Assembly: GCA_010015585.1 (NCBI GenBank)
Contig: ML975180.1
Length of the DNA: 64,000 bases
Source of the DNA: Eremomyces bilateralis CBS 781.70
Lineage: Eukaryota
Direction: 5' to 3' (one strand)
The position numbers and the translations under genes were made by a program. Every line of letters begins with the position of its first letter. The first letter of the stretch is position 1. Under the pieces are notes generated by a model. It was given only the letters and a program-made list of their open reading frames with translations, did not search any database and was not told the DNA's origin. Of this stretch, positions 13,401-24,243 are shown in pieces.

Positions 13401-14953
13401 CTCGGAGTTCCGGCCCAATTGTGAACGGGGAACGAAGCTTACTTAGTAGCAGTATAATTATCGTGATCCGGGGTCGACAAATGTCAGCGGCGGGGGATCG
13501 CAGCAACCAAGTCGCGTTTGCTTGGAAAGATCAACGTTCAGCAAATCAGTACCTCCTCGTTGCCTGATTCCAATACCGCTTGACCGTGGCCACGACCAAC
13601 CGCGCCGGACAGTAGGACGATTCCAGTATCAAGGTGAAGTCTGTTGAATATCATGTCCCACTCTCGACCACCCCCGACCCTTCTCTAATCTCTCCTCATC
13701 CAACAGGCTATTCTCTCGAGTCTTATATTAGTAGTCTTATCAAAGCCACCACCCACCGCCCACCGTGTAAGTAGGAAAGGTAGGATGTCGACAAGTCGTT
13801 CGGCGACGACCCATCTGGGACAATATTAGGCGACGACCTTTTAGAGTATCCCTGACCTAGCGACTACGCACACCGTTTAAGGTCTTTGGTCCGTTGGAGT
13901 TCGGAGGCGCTCATGAAGAATTCGATGGATGTTACAGAGAATGGTTGGTAATATCACATCCATCGGCCATCCCGATTCCCTTATTCTCTGCCCCACTCGC
14001 ACGCGTGACGCGACGCTGATCAGCTTCCGTCGGACTGGGTTACTATGATCTTCGGAGAATCGGAGGCCAGCGTGGCGACCGCGGACAGTGCTGCTGACTG
14101 CTTTGCCTGTTGCCACCACGTGGCGCGGGGGATTATCTGTAGAAAGGATGCTGCCATGTGAATATCTTGACTGTCCAGCTGTAGCGCTAGCATGAACTGT
14201 GAACTGCCTTCGAACCCGATTCGTAATGAATAATACATCCATTCTTAACCCGTCTGCCACAGATCCTGCTCCTTTTCAAACCAGGAGACGTGTTGCTTTG
14301 CTAAAATGCTTTCAAATCCCCATGGACTGAAGGAGTTGTGATGTGTTTGTTGTTGTCTGATGATATTGCTTGCGATGCGCTGTCAGGCGTGAAACGGTCC
14401 GTTGTCTCAAATCTCAAATCTCAATTGACACGTTCCTCCAACCTAACAGATCCGGATTCCGAAATACACAAACCAAGAGTGTCTGCAAGGGTTCATGGCG
14501 GGTATCAATAATCAAATGCATGTGCCAGAGCTGCAAAACGTCCTCCATGTAATACAGATGAGATCATACTGAATACCAATTACACGCAAACCCGACCGTC
14601 CGTATTACTCGAAATCGCGAAAGAAGTAAGAAGAGGTTGCAGACCGAGGGGAATTGATGACGCTTATTTCATGTGCTTCGTTAGAATCTTAAAGCTCTGA
14701 AAAGGGGGTATCTTGATCAATAATCGACACGGGATGAAGCCCGATTGACACATCCAATGCCACCAAACCACAACCCAGACGCCAGCAACGTCAGGCGAGC
14801 AACGCTGTGCAAAACCAGAATCCAAGACGTGACTCCAATCCAATAGCCCACTGTCCATCTCAATACCCATAGTCCCGCACACCTCCAACACCCGAAACAC
14901 AATCACCTGCAAACGAGCACAACACCATCCCCCTCCCTATCCAGGACGTCACC

Positions 14954-17900
14954 TCACTCCTCCGCCACATCCTCAAACGCAGCAAACGACACCCCCCCCT
15001 TCTTCCCTCTCCCCCCTCCACTCTTCCCCGCCAACCCCCCAGCTCGATACCCCCCAGCCTGCAACTTCCGCTCAAACGGCGTCACGAACGGTGTCCCTTC
15101 CCCCCCCGCCGGTGTCCCATGTCCGGGGTCCGCCCGCACCGCAGGCGTAGACGTAGGGACTCGCGACGATTGCTCGAGCAGCCGCTCCCGCGTCTTCGCG
15201 CGCGCAGCGCTGCGTTTCGAGGGGGTGCGGAGGTAGCCGGGGGTTGTTCCTAAGAGATTAACATCCCGAGTGCCGGCGGGAACGGAGGGCGGGTCGGGGT
15301 GCGGGTCGAAGGGTGGGGCGGGCGGTGGCTTGGGGTCGTCGCGGTCGAAGGCGTCGAGGTGGAGGTCGAGGTCGCGGATTTTGAAGACGGAGTTGTCGAA
15401 CATGGAGAAGTCTTTCTGGGTGGAGGTCGTTTCCGAGGAGCGGGCGGGAGTGGCGAGGGGGAGGGTTTCGACTGTGGTGGCTGGTGCGTCTGCTGTGTAG
15501 GGATTCTCGCCCGGGCCGCTGGTATCGCTGGTTTGATGCCTCGGACGATTCGTGGTTCGTTCGGCCCAGTATCGTAGCATGTTGCGCATGTGTTTCTCAG
15601 TGTTGCGTACGAGCAACGCCATAGAACTCTCGTGGTTCCGCCGAAGCTGGAACAGTCGCCAGTTGAGCTGTCGGAGGCATGTGGTGGTGCTAGCTGCGGC
15701 CAGTTCCAGATGGAATGCAGAGGCATGTAGCTCCAGCTCTTGGAGTTGTCCATGCCTGACAGTGAGTGCGCTAAACGCTCCTTTCAGCAGATGCTGTCGC
15801 CTATGTGTGACGGCTCGCCCGTCTTGCTCGACCACGGACCTGGTTCGATTCACCCACACCGTAATCGCGGTAGCAGCGGTACCGAGCACTCGATCTTCAT
15901 CACGGGCTTCGGCTTCTAGGTCGCCTTGCTCCAGCAATGCAACGCGACCTCTCCATCGGCCAAAGGAACCTCGAAGAATCCTGACTCGGCTGTGGTTCTG
16001 TACGAGGCGGAACCCCTCCTCCCGCCTCCGCTCGCGACTTTGCGTAAACCCACGCTCGAGCATTTGAAACCCGTACTTCGCTAGAAGGAAGAACTGCGCC
16101 AACCGTGCCATCTCTTGCAACTCCCTCAAACGTCCCGCCTGGTGCGGCCAGGTTGCCAAGGCAGCTCTGCTCAATCGTCGAGCATTGGCCGTCTGGGCCG
16201 TCTCGTCGTCTCGTTGGCGAGCCCGAGTCGCGGCCAGCATCCGGTTTAGACACCCACGCGTCCAGACCCTCCGCTTTCGGTCCTCGAACACCTCAGTCGT
16301 GAGTCGTATATCAGTCTCCCGCTCTTGCCTTCGCGCCACCCAGATGCCGAACACGCCTCGTCGGAGCCTTGCCTCACACTCTCGTTCGGTTAGTCGCTCA
16401 TAGTAAGCCATGCGCCATTTGTACAACGACTCGGCTGCGAATCTCCAGTTGAGACGAGTCGGAAATACACGGCAGATGACGGCGGAGAGGAAACGCTGCC
16501 AAATCACTGGAAGTTTCCTCCGACGATAGAACTGCGCGGCTTGAGCCTCTTGCGTAGCCCGAAGATGCCACACACTAAGTGTAGTTCGTGCAAGTCGTCG
16601 ATTCGACCCTTCACAGGCTTGTATGAAGGCGATGCGATGTTGCGAGGCCCGTTCCAGGATCGTGAGGGTCCCAGAAAGTAGTTTTCTTCGTCTCCACACT
16701 TGCGCCGTATCTTCCAATGCGTGATGCTGCCCGCTTCGCTGCAACCACCGGCGGAATAGGTGATCCCGTCGGCTATTCTCGTGAAGATTGATTTGCGAGG
16801 TCGTTGCCAATCGGCGCTTCCTCGCCGCGTCGGCCCATTGATAGAAGATCCGCTGTTTTTGAGTGGACGGTAGCGTTCGTGATGCTTGACGTTCGCGGGT
16901 TGCCAGGGCCCACGATTTGAAGGATCGGCGCATCACGGCGTCCTGGTGACAAGCGATCGCGCGGACGCCCTCTTGCTCCCGGGTCAGCCACCGGTGCCGC
17001 CACTTGAGGAGAAAGTTCTTGCGAATGAAGTTCTGCTGCAGGAGTTCACTGGCAAGTGTCAAACTCAGCCAACTACCAAAGCAACGGTATCGAAGGATGT
17101 GGCGTCGTGCTAACTGCGTCTTGTCGCGACCCATAGTGGTAGTATTTTTCCAGTGCGAGAAAGCCTTGTCCTTCACGAGCAGCGAATTGATGCGATCCAC
17201 GCGCTTCGCAAAATGAAGCAGCGAATACCGCTTCTGCCTGATGCCCCTGCATGCCAGCGACAAAGTGTCCATTGATTGCCGGAGAAGGACGTATCCATCG
17301 TGCGCGCGGGCTTGGTCCTCCACACGCAGAATGTCCCAAGTACGGTTATGCCAATTTTGCAGGCACTGTCGCGCATAGGTCTGAACCTTGCGGTCGTAGC
17401 ATTCATCCGCCCAGGCGATCGCTTCGCCGATCGATAAAGATGGGATATGGGCCGGAACCATTGCAGATGAGTCTCGGTTTTCAGGCATGGGCCGCAGAGC
17501 CAGCTCCCAAGATTCTCCTTGACCAATGGTGTCTGATGGGGGCATTTGGCCGTCGGATGTGGTCGTGGTATCTCCGAATACACGGGGATCCTCGCTCGGC
17601 TCATCATCCGATGTGGACGTCGCATGGGGCGAGGAAGATCGCAGAGGAGAGTGTGGGCTGTCGGTGCCGTCATCTTCGATCAGGTATTGGCTGACGCCTT
17701 CCACAACATCGTCCTGATCGAACTCGTCCAACGCGCCGAGCTCAATGGAGACTCTCTGTTCCTGGAGGGCATCTTTGAGGCGGTCCAGTAGCCTTCTGTC
17801 GGGCAGCTCGTCCGAAGCCACGCGTCCTAAGATGGCGAAAAATCGGGGCTCGTCATCCAGGTGGACGGCGTTATCTGCGGTGTATTGATTGAAGGCGGCA

Positions 17901-18083
17901 TAGAGGGCTGCTGTGGCTCCCTCTTCAATCTCCGGATCGTAGTTCTTGTCGGCTCGGCGGACAATCTGAAAGAGATGGATGACGTCTGTAAATCAAGTCA
18001 GATGATTGCGTGTGGATCGTAGGACGGAGCCATTCACCATCGTCGGATACTGTCGGGGCCTCATTTGGCGCGTTGGTGGTCAT
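14954..18083 (-). CDS. SFI1: Sfi1 spindle pole body half-bridge protein
   Basis: Long Arg-rich helical ORF with periodic F/L-x-x-W repeats ('SFKSW','IFYQW','LFRRW','SFGRW') and C-terminal 'TTPGYLRTPSKR'/'TPFERKL'. A short first exon (MTTNAPNEAPTVSDD) joins through a gtgaat...ctgac...cag intron. Confidence 0.75.
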
Positions 18084-18401
18084 TCGAGAGGGTTAAACTG
18101 AGGGGGACGGACGAGCGCATGCGGTCGGAGACATGCGCGGTCATATACGTGATTGAGAAATGGCAATTGAGCTCCTACATCGAGGGGTCTGCAACAATAT
18201 CATCACTAGAATACGAAAGGGAAAAGTGCAGCTCCACGCATCTTGACCGAGCCGCTTTTGGAGGAATTGACGCGACAAAAGACGAAGATGCGGGACAGCG
18301 ACGGATTGAGGCTGGAACGTGAACAGGCGCGTCGTATGTCAAACATTCATCACGTGATAATATTAATGCCGAGTCGATTACATAATACATATTGATGTAT
18401 T

Positions 18402-21062
18402 CAGGGTGGCTATTTAGGCAAATACAAGCCATTCCGGCGTTGTCTCCACTTTTGAGTGATTTGGCCTGGCTCGTTTCCACCTTGTATCTCTTCATACAAA
18501 ATCGCATAGTACAGTAAGTTCATCGCATTGGTCAAGTCAACAAAATAGGTACATCTTCAATCAACTACGTCTTCTCTTGTCCATCATATCCTCCAGATCT
18601 TTCCTTGAGATTATCTCATTCGCAAACCAATCGCGCAAACAGGCCAACTTCTCCGTTGTAGAAGGCTTCATTCGCGACCTCTCATCATCGAAGATCCTTC
18701 CACAGATAGACCAGATTCGCTCAATACCTGCTGCAGACGCAGGAGTCGCGAAGAGGTCCAGGGCGATAGAGTACAGCGCTGGGTAGCGTATACGATTGTT
18801 GTGCCACCATCCGAGAGGAGTCTCTGTAGAGATAAGACTGTCTGCGAGGTAACAAGAGACCTCGTCTACAGCGGTAGTATCCGGAGGAGAAACATGCGGG
18901 CCATATGTATCCAGGAGTTCCCTGAAGGTATTGTCCGTTTGGTTGCCTTTAGCAAATTCGGCATTCTGCGCGACCGAATCCATTGCCCGTCGCTTGGACA
19001 CTTCTGTGCGGAGGTCCTGTATAACATCGTCCACCGAAGGGGAGCTCGTATCGATACAGCGCAACAAGCGGCTTTTATACCTGGGGTGAAGAATCAAAGC
19101 AAGACGATATACGTCTGTCTCCTCTATTTTAGCCCTGTATTTGATCGCTTTCGCTTGGGCCCGTGCCAACGGATTGAGCAATATCCGCAATACGTTGCTT
19201 TCCGTGATATCCTTCGTTGCCTGCCCTAGCTTTTGGATAATAAGACAGATGGCTAGATACGACTGGAAAAGGCCGCCTTTCTCACCATCAACAGGATCTC
19301 CTTGGACAGACATCGTGGTCGTTTTCATCGGCTCGAGTATCTTGAGGATCGTCGCCAGGACCTTCCATTCTACCTCAGTCGGAGCGTCGACCGTAAGGTC
19401 CGTTTCCTGATCACAATATCGCTCGATTGAGCGACGTAAGAGGAAAGATCTCTTAATCGAGTCATATCTCGCGTTCCATCTCGTCGTATTCTCGCGGATT
19501 AGCCTGAGGGGCTGTTTTTGTTCAAGATCTGCGTGGCCCGACGCCAGAATCTCTTCCTGGATGTTTTGGAATTCTTGCATGCGTTGAGCGCTTTTTTCGA
19601 TATAAGCAATGATTGCGCTGAGTCGTGTAATACATCCCAGATCAAGCTCCGCCGGTTGACCATGAGGATTGTCTTCGAAAGTATCGAGTCTGCCATTTTG
19701 CATAGTATCGGTATTTTCCGTTACAATCTCCGGGTCGATGCGTGGACAGACTTTGACGAGCTCTTGGCATATCAAGTTAATGATATGCGCTATACAACGA
19801 AGTCGTTTTTCAACCAAAGGGATGCCCAAAAGTCTCCCAAGCTCTTTGACCGAAGCGGTGTTGTTTTCTGCGTTATCCGACATAAGATACCCAATTCTGT
19901 GTGTAATACCATAGTCCTGGATAGCCTGATGAAGCACAGAGCCAATATTGACGCCCGTATGGAGTCCCCGGATCTCCTGTAGAGCTAGGAGGACTGATCG
20001 TTGTCGTATAGTATCCTCATCGGAAATATAATGACAGAGAAGTCCAATGAATGGTAACTTGTTCGTAGACGTCCAGATGTCATACGACAAAGAGACCTTG
20101 CTTATACTCTGCGAAATCCTTTGGGAAACAAGAAGACGGCATTCTTTGAATACATCATCGATCCTCGTACTAATTGAAGAATGGTTCCGAAGAGACAATG
20201 TCGGTTTTCCACCATTAATCGCAGCCATCAAATCGTTATGCGCTACAGACGATGCTTGACGAAACGATATCGTATCCATAACGACCCATCGAACGAGCTC
20301 TATCTCAGGATCTAAGGGGCCTTCGTGACGTCCTGTCGGGTTCTCTATCCGATCCCCCGGCGATATAAGACGCCCTAGTGGCCCTTCGACCAGCCCGTGT
20401 GCAGCTTTGAGGTGCCTACGGGAGTTGCTCGTAGATAGGGCCTTGTATATCGCTAGCTGATCTATAGATACCGCCCATCTCCAGCAGACCTTGCAGGCCC
20501 AGAGGGGCGTACGGGGAGCATCGATTCTGTAGACGTGGAACCCCCAGTCCCATATGGAGCTGGTACGACGCTTCCGCGACAGAGGGGCTTGGTGGATGAG
20601 GCCGTAGCGGTATAGTTCTCTCTGTGTAGACGCAGTAACACCGGTTTTTGGAGGACTTTCAGCCTGTGAAGTCGCCTGTGAGGTCGCTTGTGAGGCCTCC
20701 TGTGATGTGTCCCGGTAAGGGGTCTCCTGATCGAAAGATGCCTGCGACGACGTCGCCTGCGAAAATTGTGATTCCATATCAATTGGCAACTTGATCGGAC
20801 TTTACAAAGGTAAGTTCTACTGAAACCTATTTTATTTTGATTCTATCTGAGTGTATTGTGAATCGCTTCCTCTTGCCACCACTTTTTCACAGTAGGAATG
20901 GGATCGCGAGCAATTGATTATCAGAAACCAAGAAGTTATGGTAGGCTAGAGGTGAAGACTGTTTGGCTCGTACCGGCTTGCAAACCGAGTCAATTACAAG
21001 CTGTTAATTCAGGGTCCAAATACAGTTTTACACAAGCCGATCCGGCTTAAATAGCCACCCTG
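18402..21062 (-). mobile_element. hAT-superfamily DNA transposon, apparently full length (2661 bp)
   Basis: TIRs cagggtggctatttaggc (18402-18419) and gcttaaatagccaccctg (21045-21062), 17/18 identical as inverted repeats, enclose an hAT transposase ORF. No 8-bp TSD is visible. Confidence 0.9.
18561..20777 (-). CDS. hAT transposase (BED zinc finger, DDE core, C-terminal dimerisation domain), ~738 aa, uninterrupted
   Basis: BED finger 'IWDWG..CKVC..STSNSRRHLKAAH'; 'SLSYDIWTS' (D), 'SDNAEN' (D), 'RCIAHIINL' (CxxH), 'TRWNA', 'WW..YPAL' and 'PASAAGIERIWS' (E). First ATG at 20777. Confidence 0.92.
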   Translation of the reverse strand: MESQFSQATSSQASFDQETPYRDTSQEASQATSQATSQAESPPKTGVTASTQRELYRYGLIHQAPLSRKRRTSSIWDWGFHVYRIDAPRTPLWACKVCWRWAVSIDQLAIYKALSTSNSRRHLKAAHGLVEGPLGRLISPGDRIENPTGRHEGPLDPEIELVRWVVMDTISFRQASSVAHNDLMAAINGGKPTLSLRNHSSISTRIDDVFKECRLLVSQRISQSISKVSLSYDIWTSTNKLPFIGLLCHYISDEDTIRQRSVLLALQEIRGLHTGVNIGSVLHQAIQDYGITHRIGYLMSDNAENNTASVKELGRLLGIPLVEKRLRCIAHIINLICQELVKVCPRIDPEIVTENTDTMQNGRLDTFEDNPHGQPAELDLGCITRLSAIIAYIEKSAQRMQEFQNIQEEILASGHADLEQKQPLRLIRENTTRWNARYDSIKRSFLLRRSIERYCDQETDLTVDAPTEVEWKVLATILKILEPMKTTTMSVQGDPVDGEKGGLFQSYLAICLIIQKLGQATKDITESNVLRILLNPLARAQAKAIKYRAKIEETDVYRLALILHPRYKSRLLRCIDTSSPSVDDVIQDLRTEVSKRRAMDSVAQNAEFAKGNQTDNTFRELLDTYGPHVSPPDTTAVDEVSCYLADSLISTETPLGWWHNNRIRYPALYSIALDLFATPASAAGIERIWSICGRIFDDERSRMKPSTTEKLACLRDWFANEIISRKDLEDMMDKRRRS

Positions 21063-21530
21063 CATGGGCCTCGCCGAGAGGCCTGACGGGCGTATGAATC
21101 TCTCTCCCTCTCTCTCTGGTTGCCTATCCATCCCACCTATATCCGCGGGGCTGTCAATTCTGCATATAACACGCTCCCGTCCCTTGGGTTTTGCCTTCCA
21201 TTGATCCATTCTCCTACTCATTCTCTGCCAAGATTGATCCTCGAGGATACTTTCAATATTCGTTTTAGACCCTGCCCATTGTCCTCTTCCTCGTCCCTAT
21301 TGACAACGTGGACCATTCACCCCCTCAGTGCTTCGGTTTGACCCTCTGCCACAGGCACGACTGCTCGCAAGCGCTCACCTCACGAGCAATCATACCTTCC
21401 ATCTGAACAGCTCGACCTAGAATTCGCCGGTACTATTCCAAGGACAGATTCTTTCGACGTATACCCACGCCCACCCTATCATCTACCCCTCTTCCTTAGA
21501 CTTTGTCGCCCCCAACTCTCCTGGCACAAT

Positions 21531-22212
21531 ATGTCGGTACTAGCCTCAAAACGACTGGGCAAGGTACTTCCCACTCCCCTCCAATCCGTCCACACGTGCT
21601 AACACCTCCCAGGAGCTCACGAAGGTTAGCCTCCGCCCTCCCACCGTGCTTGCGTTGCGTCGGTTCCCTTAAGGTTGATAAGCGCTGACCGGACCGAATA
21701 CAAAGCTCCACCAAACCACCCCGCCGGGAATCACGCTGATCGACGCCGAGAGCCTGGAGGAATGGACGATGGACATCCAGGTGCTGGACGATAATCCGCT
21801 GTACAAGGGCGAGACGTACCGGTTGAAGTTCCGCTTTAGCAAGCAGTATCCCATCGGTAGGACGCCCTCCCCCTTGTTCCCCCTCGCTCTCCCCCTCCCT
21901 TTTCGATCTAGAAATCCAATCCATAACTCTAAACCCCCATTAGAAGCCCCCGAAGTCGTCTTCGTGCAAGACCCCACGCACCCCATCCCCCTGCACCCGC
22001 ACGTCTACTCCAATGGCTACATCTGCCTGGACCTGCTGGACCGCGCGGGCTGGTCGCCTGTGCAGAACGTCGAGAGCGTGTGCATGAGCCTGCAGAGCAT
22101 GTTGACGGGGAACAGCAAGGGCGAGCGGCCGCCGGGGGACGAGGAGTTCGTGCGCCGGAATAAGCTGCGGCCGCGGGACGTGACTTGGTTGTTTCATGAC
22201 AATACCGTATGA
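21531..22212 (+). CDS. UBE2W: Ubiquitin-conjugating enzyme E2, UBE2W-type
   Basis: MSVLASKRLGK|ELTK|LHQTTPPGI... with 'HPHVYSNGYICLDLL' (HPH in place of HPN, as in UBE2W) and 'WSPVQNVESVCMSLQSML'. Introns 21564-21612, 21625-21705, 21857-21943. Confidence 0.85.
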
Positions 22213-22704
22213 GGCGGGTGGGGCACGACGGTCGCTAGGGGTTCGTTTTAACGCAGCGGGGGTATGGCGAATGGGGAGAAACGGTCATTTCTGGAGTTCT
22301 GCATCGGTTTCGGGGGTTGTTTATTTTACATTTCTCATCTTGCACACGGGATTATGATACCATTGCGGAACGACGCCGCTGTGGAGCGTCATGCGATGGT
22401 TGGCTACAATGGATGGACCGACACGGTCGATGTCTGAGTCCGTCCACCGCCCTCTAGAATACAACCGGTCAAGATGAATTGGCTAGCTATGTCAACCCCC
22501 GGAATGATATGTGATCATGCTGTATCCCTGCCGGTTCCGTAACTTCGTGCGCTGGTCTTCTCCATGTGGTCATGAAATGTGATCCACACTTCCTTTTCCC
22601 CTGGCCTCTGGGTACCATGTAGAGATAGAATCATGCGGATACGTCGTAAGATATGCGCCCAGGACGCGTGCACAAATATGTAAGAACAAACCCCCCATTG
22701 GTAT

Positions 22705-23820
22705 TTAACCCCCGTCCCTCAAGTCCGGCGGAAACGCATTGCTCAATCTCGACGGTCTCATCCCCGTCCGCGCCGCGCCCATCTCCTCGCGAACCAACCG
22801 CAACTCCTCCTTCATCAACTGCATCACCTCTGCCGCCTGCTCGCGCGCCGCCTTGCCGTCGCGCTCCATCTGCACCTGGCGCATCTCCACGCCGCGCAGC
22901 TTGTCGTAGAGCACCTGCAGGTCAGGGAGGAGTTCCTCGACCACCCGCGTCGCCACTTGGTCGACGATCGCTTTGCCGACCGTGTCGGCGATTTCGGCGG
23001 AGAGGGAGGAGAGGGCGGAGCCGAGAGGTTTGGGGGGGGCGGAGGGCTGGTGGGGAGGGTTGGGAGGGCTGGTGGAGGAAGGGGGGTAGGATGCGGTATA
23101 GCCCTCGCGTGTGGGTGGTGCGGTAGTGGGAAGCTTTGCGGGTTGTGGTTGCGACTGTGCGGGTTAGATGGGTTGGGTTGATCTCCGGCGCAGTGTACTC
23201 ACCCTCATCTTCTTGTCCGGAGCGGATGGGCGATCTGCATCGCTGTGACGGCGCTTGACTGTGCCCTTTTTACCCTTGTGGCCGTTGAGGAGGTCGGGGT
23301 GGTAGAGACTCGATCCGGGACCCCCTCGCGCGCGGAAGTCTCCTCCACTCAAATCTGTCGCGTCGCCGGTCAGTCGGGTCCATCAACGTCGGAATGCCTA
23401 GATGTACATACTGCATCGTGCGTGCGCGAACTTGCACCGCGCGCAAATCTTCCCGGTGAAGCCCCGGTCGGACTGGAAGGTGCGGCATCGGAAGCCTCGC
23501 TCACTGCAGCGTTCGCAGGGCGGGTTGGCGTCCTCACCCAACTCGTCGCTCTCGATGGCGTGAACTTTCTCGATGATTGCTTTTCGGAGGGTGGATGTTT
23601 TCTGCCATGTCTCCTCGGAGACGGAGTACCACAGGCCGTTCGGTGGGCGGTGGTGGGGAGATGGGCGCTGGGACGTAGGCGGCTTCGCGGGAACGGTTAC
23701 GGCGGGTTCAGGTGCGAGGAGTTGGGGGGAAGGGTCATCGTCGCTGACGAGGGAGTCTTCGGGGTCAGAGGAGAATTGGAAGACGATGGGTTCGGGGGAA
23801 GCGGAGAGGGATGAGGGCAT
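22705..23820 (-). CDS. Hypothetical ~336-aa protein with an internal atypical Zn2Cys6-like cluster and a C-terminal coiled coil
   Basis: Exons 23820-23412, 23354-23203 and 23154-22705 join in frame via gtatgt..ctgac..cag and gtgagt..ctaac..cag introns. Motif C-x2-C-x6-C-x13-C-x2-C-x6-C. Confidence 0.7.
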
Positions 23821-24243
23821 CGTGATATGGGCGACGTCGCGACTCGCGATTGGCGGTTCACGCGGGGACAACAAAAAGTTAAGGGTGGATTATGGGTGAG
23901 GCCGTGAGGAGAGCGTGACTAATCGATGAAATGTTATTCAACCCTAACGAGATCTAGTTACACAAAACGCGGAAGAAGGATATGTTTATCAAAAGACGAA
24001 AGAAGTTGGGTTGTAGCTAAATAGCACGAAACGAACAAACTAGACGATGGCATGGAATAAACTATATTATGGATCGCGTACGGAGTACATGGGGAGTTAC
24101 GCCGCGCATACGAGGTTTGCAGTAATTACTATATAGTAAACCCGCACGTAACTACGGAATAGCAGATGATAGAAACGTGATTCACGTGCTGCACAGTTCG
24201 GCTGAGGTGTGGCGGACGTGGCTGCAGAGTATTAAGGTATGTA

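Noticed and set aside
20655..20705. 12-bp tandem repeats (SQEA/SQAT/SQAT/SQAE) as an array
   Set aside because: Low-complexity coding repeat in the transposase N-terminus, not a spacer-containing array.
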